Positions 23,200-32,925 of a stretch of 64,000 nucleotides of DNA are shown here, piece after piece. The stretch is taken from assembly GCA_026026165.1 (NCBI GenBank), contig JAPEUD010000036.1, positions 62,001 to 126,000 on the forward strand, in the 5' to 3' direction. The translations under genes and the position numbers were made by a program. Source of the DNA: Sarea resinae. Lineage: Eukaryota. Under the pieces are notes generated by a model. It had not been told where the DNA came from and ran no database searches. It saw only the letters and a list, made by a program, of their open reading frames with translations. Numbering within the stretch: the stretch's first letter is position 1; every line of letters begins with the position of its first letter.

Positions 23200-25500
23200 A
23201 TGCAGAATAAGGGGTGGTTAGTGCAAGTCAGAGAAGACCTTCTTATAGAAGGGAAGGTTGTAGCAATCATGGAAAACAACATCAAATATCCAGAAGAATT
23301 TGATGGTGTGGTAGAACATGGGAGTGATCGTTCGACCGATATTCGGCTCCACGACGGCGGAAAGACACTCTTATGGAGTGACTCGACTTGCGTCTTTCTA
23401 TAAGTCGATCGACTTGGACGAGACTCTCCTGCTTCTGCAGGATCTGAGGGATGACGCGCCTCTTTTGCCGGAAACCAATCTCGACTTACAGACGATTTTG
23501 GTTGATGGCATCGCGGCTAAGAACCTCCCAATGATGTCTCTTGACGCCAGCGAGTCGACACCGAATATTCCGGATCGTTGGGCATGCAATGAGCAGCAGA
23601 AGGCAGCCATTAGGCTGGGCCACTCTGCGCCTAGCGGAGTCGCCATTGTTCATGGCCCACCCGGAACCGGAAAGACCGCGACAGCAGCGAAGCTGCTCCT
23701 CACTCTGGTCAAGGCCAATCCGGCGAGAAAGATACTCTGCTGCAGTGTGATGAACAAGTCGCTGGAGCAGCTGCTAAAGCAGACAGCTGCCATCTTTCAG
23801 TCCGAGAAAACGACCCTCAAAGCAGTCCGCATCTGGAATTAATCGCAGATTGGCCAGCGATTGACTCTAGGGGCCACTACGACAATGCATGGTACCATAT
23901 CCTTCGACATCGACCAAATCAGAGCTCGGCTGGCAGCCAAGACCAAGCACTAGTAGAGTATGGAGTTTATTATACTAAGCTCACTACTATTAGAAGAGAG
24001 CGGCATTTCAGACCCTAAGATAGCTAAAGCATATAGGTTCGATGTCAATAGATTGAACCATTTAGTCATAGCCGAGGCACAAATCGTGTTTTGCACTTGT
24101 TCGATTGAGCAAGGGGAGTACACTGTCAGACCGCGAATACAATGAATATAGTAACCGATTTGTACAGTTCCTTGCACTCCTTATAATAAGAAGAGATAAG
24201 TCTGCAAAAGATCTTAACAGGCGCCTGTTAATAGAGCTACTACCTGCGCACCGACGACAACGAGATGTTAAAATGCAGGATAAGAGATAGAAGGTAGTAC
24301 TACAGAAGTACTAGAATACAACTGTGGTCTGAACCACTACATGGCTAGCAACCGCTAGTAGGGATAGGATAACAGCTAGAACGCAAGCCTTGACGAGGTC
24401 ATATCGTTTGAAGCAGACTATCTCCTCATCGACGAGGCTGCATATTCGAAGCATCCCGATATAATTCTTCCGTTGATGACGCAGCCAAAAGTGAAGATGC
24501 TGTACCTGACAGCCCGAGGCGACCATAAGCAGCTCGGGACAGTCCTGTGCACGGCAGCGGCACAACAAACGTGGGATCCGCCTTTGATGAGCCAATTGAT
24601 TCGGAGAGGATATTCAACGGTGCTGTTAGATATCCAATACCGTTCTCTCCCTGCCCTGTATGGGCACACGACACGGAACTTCTATGATAACCTCCTCAGT
24701 TCACATCCGTCGACACATGGGAGAAAATTCAAGATAATGTTTCAAAAGAACTTAGCATCAATTAAGCTGAGAAACGGTAACGAAAAAGTTGTCGAGTTGC
24801 GAAATGCCTGGGGGCATTTCATTGATATTTCTTACGGGCAATCAGTAACAGAAATGAGCACAAGTAACAGCTCAGAGGCGGAAGCAGTGAGCGTACTTGT
24901 CCAAGGACTCCTGAGTACAGGCATGCCATCAAGTAGGATAACAATCCTGGCGCCCTATACCGAGCAGGTCGACCTGATTCATACTCTTGCAAGGAGAGAC
25001 AGCTGGACGTTGCCTCGACCTCGAAGTCGAACGTCTGAGAATCTTCTCATTACCAACTGAGCCAGTTATGAGCAAGAGCAAATCTAGCCTTCAGTCACGT
25101 CTTCGCTGGTCACGCGTCAACGTTGGGCTTTGTAAATCCATGAGCTGCAAGTTATCAGAGTCACGAATTTTCAGTTGCAAGTCATCACAGTCACAGATCA
25201 CGAGTCACGAGTCCTGCAATCAAGTTGACTACTAGTATCACTGCGAGTCACCATAACGTGTGACGTCTCATCTGCTGACGCAGTCTTCGGGCAGTAAAAT
25301 GATATCATTGTATTTTGCTTCACAAGGACCCAGGGTAGGCTGGCCTTCCTCGCCTCAGATCGCCGCATAAATGTGGTAACCTCGAGGGAAAAGGAGGCCT
25401 ACTTTGTAGTCAGCAATTAGGACTACATATCTTCTGTCAAGGAAGACAACCCTTGTTGGGAAGTCGTGCAAGACATCAATGCCCATGTCGAGGGTTATTG
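23200..25500 (+). pseudogene. Upf1/DNA2/Nam7-like superfamily-1 helicase (AAA_11/AAA_12)
   Basis: Q motif NEQQKAAI, GPPGTGKT, IVFCTCS, LLIDEAA, GDHKQL, LDIQYRS, NSSEAE, ILAPYTEQV, SADAVFGQ*NDII, FLASDRRINVVTSRE; several stops plus an insertion. Ends approximate. Confidence 0.88.
25011..25255. mobile_element. 245-bp insertion, solo-LTR-like, with 4-bp target-site duplication ACGT
   Basis: ACGT at 25007-25010 and 25256-25259; removal restores the helicase frame (SWT-CDVSSADA); termini TG...TA; internal GTCAC repeats. Confidence 0.75.
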
Positions 25501-26229
25501 CATCACTATCAAGCATGGCATAAAACAATAGTCTACATCCGGACTGATCAGTGGGAGCCAGATCCTGCTGTACAGCCCGAGGACAAGATCTATAGCAAAA
25601 GTTGAGCTAGGGACACTAAGCGAGGTAGCGAACAGATCAACGTCGCTCAGCCAATTTTCAAGAAGCAGAGCAGCGACAGCGAGAAGCATTAAAGAAGCAG
25701 CAGCAGGAGCTCTAGAAGAGTATCCTAGCCAAAATCAGAGCTGTGAAGGTAAATGCAAGGGTGGGCGCTATCCGAGAACTTTGCAGCCGGCAATCTGGAG
25801 CGCAAGAAACGAACAAAGGCGCGCGCAATAAATAGCATGATTGATACATTGTCTTATAGCAGCAGTATTTAGATTCGGATATGCAAGATACTAGACCTTC
25901 TCAGCTAGCTATTAAATACTGCATTCTAGAGTAGTAGTAAGTGACTAGCGGCTTAAGTTTAGCATTTTCCATGTACCGCCGTCAAAAGAAGCCATTTGTC
26001 TGTCTCCACTGTCCGTTCGTTGTCCACCCATCATCCATGCATGCATCACTCACATACACCATCATCATCTATTCTATAGATCTCCAATCCCACACAAAAT
26101 CCCACACAACGCACACACCTCTCTCTCCCTCTCTTATCAAGGAAAAAAGGGCTATTCCCTACCCAATCAATCAACACCCAGAAAAAAAAATAATACCCGC
26201 CACGAATGGAGCCAAAAAGATAAGAGTCC

Positions 26230-26328
26230 TGGACGATCGGGGAATCGAACCCCGGACCTTCCGCACATCCATTTAGCTAGAACCTCTAGCGATGCGAAGC
26301 GGACATTATACCCCTAAACCAATCGCCC
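26230..26328 (-). tRNA. tRNA-Ala(CGC) with 27-nt intron (26266-26292)
   Basis: GGGCGAT/ATCGTCC-A acceptor stem with G3:U70, anticodon arm TCCGC-TTCGCAT-GCGGA, T-loop GGTTCGATTCC, downstream T5 Pol III terminator. Confidence 0.96.
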
Positions 26329-26674
26329 GGTGGACGGAAGATCTGGCGGTTTATGGTGGATATGACTCAGGGGGAAAAGTAGTGGTGGGTGGTGGGTGGT
26401 GCGAGGTTGTGTAAGCGAGTGACTAGCTGGGTACTTTGCAGTACTTACCTATCTACTGTACGTGTGGAGTTCACTGGTCGTTGTTTGTGTCTAGTAGTGA
26501 ATAATAGAGTACTCCGGGGCTTGGTACAGAGTAGAGGAGGAAGTAAGTACCTCTGTATACAGACAAAGTGTCGTTCTTTGTTATTGTGTACTCGGAGTAC
26601 TCCGCGAAGATAATGATAGGTTAGTAGTGCATCTATAAGGACAACTCTATATAGTAGCGCTCCTTACAAGGGGA

Positions 26675-26702
26675 GGAAGGAAGGAAGGAAGGAAGGAAGG
26701 AA
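26675..26702. repeat. (GGAA)n microsatellite
   Basis: About 7 units, directly visible. Confidence 0.9.
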
Positions 26703-27113
26703 AAAACAAAATCACAATTCAAGGTCCTCAGATTGTTCGTTGCCTCTAGTATGCTGGTCTAGAACGAGAACAGTAAGACTACAACATTTGCTATCGGTAA
26801 TCGATTTTGTTTGTGATCCGTTTCAGTGATTCCGCAAAGCGACCCAGCCTAGCCCAAGTTCCAGCTAGCTAGCTAGAGCATCAACACAGTGAAAATGAAG
26901 CCGATGGATATTGCTTTGCTTCTGTGGTACTGATCCCGCCTTTTGCTTTCGCTTTGCTCAAGGCGGTGCCTCTTTTCGACTTTTCCATGCCTTAAATTAA
27001 ACCCCAGTCTGCTTTTCCTATATCTTTCCTCGACTCCAAACGACGGCCAATTCGAGCCCCCTTCAGCAACAGTGCTGACCGACCACGCCAGCTAAACGGC
27101 TTGTAAATCAGAA

Positions 27114-28757
27114 TCAGGCCGAAACACTCAGAACCCACGCATCACCCAGCCGTTCATTCTTTGAATCGACGCCGCCCCAGAGGAAGATAGACGAGGGATC
27201 TACATCGGCGTCCATGGCAGAGGCGAACCAGCCGCGTGCTCCAGGACCCTGAGCTCCCTTCTTTCCCGTCTCCGGCTCGTGAGGCGACTGACTGACATCG
27301 TCGGGACCGGCATCTTTCTTGTCAACGTCGAGGAGTTTATCATTTGTGTCTGTTTCACTGCCTTCACTGCCGCCGCCAGCAATCCTAACTCTGGCCCATT
27401 TCGCCTCGTCCTTGGCGCCGAAAATCCACCTGGCAGCATCCTTCCATCGTGCAGCCGATGCGGCGCCCCGGGTCGGCAGCTGAAAGCACCACACGTCGTC
27501 CCAGAATGCGCCGGCAGCATCGTGGCCGAGGGAGCGCGGACTGGGGGAGCGCTCGCCGAGGAAGAGGACGAGGTAGGTACGGCCTTGGCCTGTGGAGAGG
27601 ACGTGGAGACCGGCGACACTTCTTGGGCCTGGGACATCGGTTAACGGGGGTGGGGGCGGGGTATCATTGTCTTGGGAAGGAGTTGTGATCGTAGTTGTAA
27701 CCTTATCAGGAGAAAGCTGTGTTGGGCTGAAAACAAATGATTTCCATTCTGCCGTCACGGGCTGGAGGAGAAGGAAGGGAACAGCGTCTCCAGCACCATC
27801 ATTTTCATTCCTTTTTGCTGCTGCGGCTGCGGCCGCTACCGGCCCGCTACTTGAAAAGGGTTCCAAAACATCCAGTTGGCCTCCCAATTCGCTCTGCCCA
27901 TCGAATCCACCAAATCGATACAGCCGCTCTTGCGCAGTCACCAGGCTCGTGCCGCCTCTGGCCGAGCCAGGCGCATCTGCAAACCTCACCCAGACGCGCG
28001 ATGCGAGGTCCAGAGCCCATAGGTCGGACAGTCGCCCTGAAGACGGACACCCGGCGTGAATAAAAAGCGTACCATATTCCACAGCGGTAGCGAGGTGCTC
28101 GCCTGAGGTTTCGGCGGCCGTGTCTTCGCTCAGATTGAACTGGAGCGAGAATTTAAGGGCGCCTTGCTGGTGTTTGGGGTTGGGAGGATACTCCGTAGCG
28201 GCTGAGGCATGATATGAGCGGGCAGGCGGATAGGGTGAGCCCGGCGCAGGATCCAAGTATGACCAGGTTCCCGTGCCAGTGTCGAAGATCCAGACACGGC
28301 CGTGCTCTTCAAGCGGCTTCATATCTTTGCCGCCGCGGCCCCCAAAGACAAATATGCGGTCGCCGATGACGCTGGCGGTATGGCCTACTCTTGGAGCGGG
28401 GAGTTGCTCTTCTTCTTCTCCCTTCGTCCCAGGGTGGTTGCTGTTGATAGATGAGGTCTCAGTGACTGCAGAGACACTGCGGTAGTCCGCGTCCGGGACG
28501 GAGGACGAAGGCAGCGTAAAGATGTGCATGGCATTGTCGACGGGGTTGCGCGGAGTAATTTCGCCGCCGAAGACGTAAGCTCGACCTCTGATGATGGAAA
28601 GGGTGTGAGAGGAGCGAGGGAACGGCTTAGGGAGGGAGAGGGGAGTGAAGGTTGCGTGGAGGGGAAGAGTGGGGTCTGCGATGCCTTTGGCGGCGGCTGC
28701 AGTGGCTTCGACAGCCGTCTCGACGCCGTAAAGTGCCCCTGCTGTACCGGGATCCAT
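27114..28757 (-). CDS. Kelch-repeat beta-propeller protein (nitrile-specifier-like fungal family)
   Basis: Repeated PRxxH...FGG...W units (PRSSHTL..VFGGE, PRVGHTA..VFGGRGG, ARSYHAS, RFGGFDG, LWGG); intronless 547 aa. Confidence 0.9.
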   Translation of the reverse strand: MDPGTAGALYGVETAVEATAAAAKGIADPTLPLHATFTPLSLPKPFPRSSHTLSIIRGRAYVFGGEITPRNPVDNAMHIFTLPSSSVPDADYRSVSAVTETSSINSNHPGTKGEEEEQLPAPRVGHTASVIGDRIFVFGGRGGKDMKPLEEHGRVWIFDTGTGTWSYLDPAPGSPYPPARSYHASAATEYPPNPKHQQGALKFSLQFNLSEDTAAETSGEHLATAVEYGTLFIHAGCPSSGRLSDLWALDLASRVWVRFADAPGSARGGTSLVTAQERLYRFGGFDGQSELGGQLDVLEPFSSSGPVAAAAAAAKRNENDGAGDAVPFLLLQPVTAEWKSFVFSPTQLSPDKVTTTITTPSQDNDTPPPPPLTDVPGPRSVAGLHVLSTGQGRTYLVLFLGERSPSPRSLGHDAAGAFWDDVWCFQLPTRGAASAARWKDAARWIFGAKDEAKWARVRIAGGGSEGSETDTNDKLLDVDKKDAGPDDVSQSPHEPETGKKGAQGPGARGWFASAMDADVDPSSIFLWGGVDSKNERLGDAWVLSVSA

Positions 28758-31742
28758 GATTGATATTGGTTGTGATTTGCTGTTGACGAAACTCGGTGGT
28801 GATGCCGTGATACTGTGGTTCTGGGCGTTGTTTACAGCCCTTTCTTGAGGTCACAGTCGCTACGTCATAGCGGGAGCCGAAGTAAGGGTTCAGGCAAGGA
28901 TGAGGTCTGAGATAGAAAGCTGTCGAACTTTGATTGTTGTGGAAAATCCTTGCTTCTTAGAATCGTAGCTGCCAGCGAGGCTTGGCCGTTTATGTATAAA
29001 AGTGTACCATTTCGAGAAATAAATATATACTCTAGTAAGATTGACGACTTAAATCAGCTTAGTAGCTATAAGCAGTGTCTGACATTCTGGTATCTCTAGC
29101 ATAAGGGACCATTTGTAGTGAAAGCGACCTCCCCTGTCCAACAGTAGTCTATTCGAGCAATCTGTATCACCGTCTAAAACCTCCCTTGGTTGAAAATTGC
29201 ATATCGCCGTACGGGGAAGCCCAATACTCCTGCCGGCTGGAGTGCATCATGGGCTGTTTATCTTTGGGAGCGTTCTGTCCTCAATCATTACCTGTAACTC
29301 GTGTCATCTGCTGCGCTTTTAGCTACAGTGGTAGCATCGGATAGCGGAGTAGCAGATTGTCAGGTTAGGGCTCAATTCCAGATAGGCCTGGCGCCTGCCT
29401 TACTGCTAAATCTATCGCGATCCGCCATGGGAAGAAATAGGTGCCGCCTTGGAGCTGTAGTAATCCTGAAAGTTGAGAAGTGGGAGAGAGTGATACAACT
29501 CACTATTTTCAGTTTGATAGCTAATATATAGTAGAAGGACTGTGATTAGCATTTGTGTGCCAATCCCTCCGAATTCGAAGCAGTCTCCATCTGATGGTGC
29601 TCTCCTCCTAAGAAGTCAGAACGCCTCTTGATGAGAATCGAAGCAATATTGTGCAGTGCTTGCTGCTGTCAAGTGAAACAATCACACATTGAGAGAAGAT
29701 CGCAAATAGAAGCACAAGCTACATCTCTCGCACTTTTCCCCTCCGATCCACGCGATGACGACAGAGCTCAGGAACGAGAGAGAGCGTCATCAAGAAGCGC
29801 ATGCTTGCGCCAGGCCTCAGAGAGCTATTGGAGCAGCGTAGACTGGACAATGGGTTCGGAATCTCGACTCTTCCCCCTCATTCATTATCTGAGTGTCGCA
29901 CATAGATTGTCTTGCTCAGGCTTCTCATAATGCTTCACTGCTGTCCTGACCGATGGACATGCGGTCCTCAGCAATCTGAGATCAAAAACTTCGGACCGGT
30001 GTCTTTTGCTTTGAAGAATATTGCACGTGGAGAAGCCATTTATATAGACTCGTTAGACTCAGAGGCGCGAGTGTCCTCGAGCAGCGCATGCAGGTGCAAT
30101 AAAACAACATGCGTGCGCTTAACGTCTCAACTCCTCGTGCTTTCATCATAGTCTTGACCCTTGTTACGATAAATGATTGCGATTCCCGCGTAAACTCGGC
30201 GGCGTGTAACCCCTCGACGAAGATGTATGATATTTGTTGTCACGCCGTTGCCCTCGAAAGCATAATTCGGCCGCTACGTCTCGCGGTCCGAAGTCCTTTG
30301 CAACACCCACAGAGAGCTTCATCGTATAGCACATGCATTGCACCAGGCGTGCCTTTTAGAGCAGCGGACAAAGCATGCGCTGGAGGTCTCGACTCTCTGC
30401 GAGCTGTTCTAGACATCGTCCGTTGACTTTGAGGGTCAGAGTCTTTGCCCAAAAACTCTGGCTCTGTCTTGGTGGCTCGTAGCGGAGATGGTTTCCCAGA
30501 ACCGAAAGGGAAGGTGGGAAACTTATGTACGATGAAGCGGTTGAATTTGCAAAGTGACATGTAGTCACAACTGGAGAGAACTATACCAAAACTGTAACAA
30601 AGAAATCTCAACCGGCCCGGATGAGTCTATTTCTAACTTAAAAAGACGCGAATGAATATAGAAAAAAAGGAAAGATATATTGAGCGTTGTTTCTCCGTTT
30701 GAAGTTGCTCTGGCATCATCCTGTTGCTATTACAAGATTGTTGTGCAGGATGACGATAAGATGAGATCCCTTTAAACCCAAATAGAAAGAGGAGGTAAGG
30801 CATAGTCCAACATAGAATACCCTCAAGTTCTAAAACACAAGAGAGAATCTCTAGCAGCAACAAGCTACTAAGTAATCACTTCTCGAGAAGTGGCCGTCCA
30901 GTCTGACTTGGGAAGAGAGCTGACTTCTTGTTCCTGACTTACCTTAGCCTCCGTAGCTTAAACGCTGAATGTTTAGCGGCAGAGGCGGTGGAGGGCTGAG
31001 CGGGTGGCGGGCGGCGGGCAGCGGGCAGCGGGGCCTTCGGAAACATCTCCGCACCGAATCAGATCTCCTCTTGTATTCATCAACCTTATCTTATCAAGTG
31101 GGACAGATACTGCGCAGGAACCCACCCCCCGCAAGTGAGAGAGAGTAAAGAAAGCCAAACGATTATTCAAAATGAAGGGAGGTTCCACAGGTCATCGATC
31201 ATTTCAGTATTGACGGCAACCTGCTATCTGCTCTCCTTGGTAATGGGCCACTCTGGTCTGAAGCGGGAGGAGGCTCCCAAATACGAAGTATTGTAGAAAG
31301 GTGGATCCCGATCGAGCAGGACACTCTAGTCAGCTTGTTTGGCACCGTATATGCTTTACGGATAATTGGTATAACAGGGTCTTGAGATTGAAGTAACTAG
31401 ACACTGCCTACTTAAGGTATATAGAAGACCTGCAGATCAGATCCTTTTCCGTAAAACGCCATCATCCATCTTACGCCCAACCGAATGGCGCGTCTCGAAA
31501 ATTTGAATAAAAGGAAGTACGACGATCGCAACATTGAATCTCTGAACGCTTAGGAAGAAATACGCGGAATGAACGGATGAGGCAACCCCGAAATCGATAC
31601 CTGCCCGACATCATCCTTTCGTAGTCGACAGGGAGCGAGAGGGAAAACGCAGACACCATAAATCTAGACTTGAGAACCATAAGTGCACAATCGATAGCTG
31701 GACGACTACACCAAAGGGACTGCCTCGTCATTCTCGCATGTC

Positions 31743-32925
31743 CTAGCCCACCTGCGAGGGCTCGGCTCTCTCTTTATCATCGGCACTACTTCCAGGCACG
31801 GCTATACCCCCACTCGTTTCGGGAACCCTAGCCGCAGCCGCAGATTGACGTCGATTGGTAAGTTCCCTCTCCAATTCCCGTACACGCCTTCGGAGGATGT
31901 TGTTCTCGTGGCGAACCGTCTCGAGCTCGGCACGATGGAAGGCAACCTCCTCATAGCGAGCAGTAGTGGCGGCGGAAGAAGACGAAGATGCCGAGCGCAT
32001 GCGTTCTGGGCTCGCGGCCGGTTGAGCAGAGTAGACGCCCTGAGGGCTTTGCAGTGGATGAGTCGGCATTGATCGACTGGAGGGATGAAAATATGGGTAT
32101 TGAGTATCGGGCGGCAGTGACGAAGATAGCATCGGCGAGGAGCGGCCCGATCGGCGAGATGACGCGACGGAGTTCTGCCGGCTGAGCCCTTCCCTTGTGC
32201 GTTCGGAGGATGCGTAAGATGCGCCTGGTGGGATGGTATTCGATGTCTGTGTGGGTCCTGCTGCGACGCTTCCGGCAATGGCACCGGTGCTCCAGCCTGC
32301 GGTGCTGGTGCTCGCTCCAGTCACCCCACTAATCGAGGTCGTGGACGTGTTGATACTCCGAGTACTGAGGCTCGAAGAGGAGCGATGGCGTCGGGAGGGA
32401 GTAGGATGAGTAGGACCGGATATCAAATGATTTGTACTATGCTCAGAGGCTTCCGCAACACCTGTTGAGGTCGAAGAGGTCGTCGAGGCCACAGAAGCAG
32501 TCTGCGCTCGTAGGTTGGAGAGTTCTCTCGTCAAGCGATTTACCTATGGAAGCATGCAGGTATTAGCTCTACAGAGGCCCATGCTTAGAAGATGATGGGA
32601 ATCATGGGGATTGTCATACAACTGCCTCTTGCTCTTTCTCCATCTGCAGATGCAGATCTGCCGCGGTCAACGGCCGGGGGTGTCTCATTGGTGTGCTGTT
32701 GTCGGCCACGATGGAACCTCCACCTCCGGTGGCTGGGGGGCTCAGGGAGGGCATTGGACCATTCAGGACCTGATGCGAGGAGTTGGAGATGCTCAATGAG
32801 GTCGTCGGCGGAGGTGGTGGCCCCATTAGTTGCGAGCCGCGGCGGGAGGGATTTGTGGAGGTGGGGTGAGAGGTCGGAGGAACACTACGCGGGGACGGCG
32901 AGACCGAATTCAAGTCTGGAGCCAT
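31743..32925 (-). CDS. Ser-rich coiled-coil protein with CCDC6/DUF2046-like motif
   Basis: Intron 32619-32544 joins ORFs to give MRHPRPLTAADLHLQMEKEQEAVVNRLTRELSNLR; second coiled coil RAELETVRHENNILRRRVRELE. Confidence 0.75.

Larger units (their letters stand above)
19835..25960 (+). mobile_element. Decayed tyrosine-recombinase element (Starship-like relic or mini-element) carrying an SF1 helicase
   Basis: TpA/TAG-rich island between intact genes; contains YR and helicase pseudogenes in the same orientation with the YR first. Boundaries approximate. Confidence 0.65.

Noticed and set aside
23200..25500. Helitron
   Set aside because: Helicase motifs are Upf1-type (GDHKQL, QYRS), not Pif1-type; no HUH Rep motifs or hairpin-CTRR end seen.
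28900..30960. Possible decayed gene or element in a 2-kb gene-free, locally TA-rich stretch
   Set aside because: The frames I translated gave no recognisable motif, terminal repeat or consistent frame.
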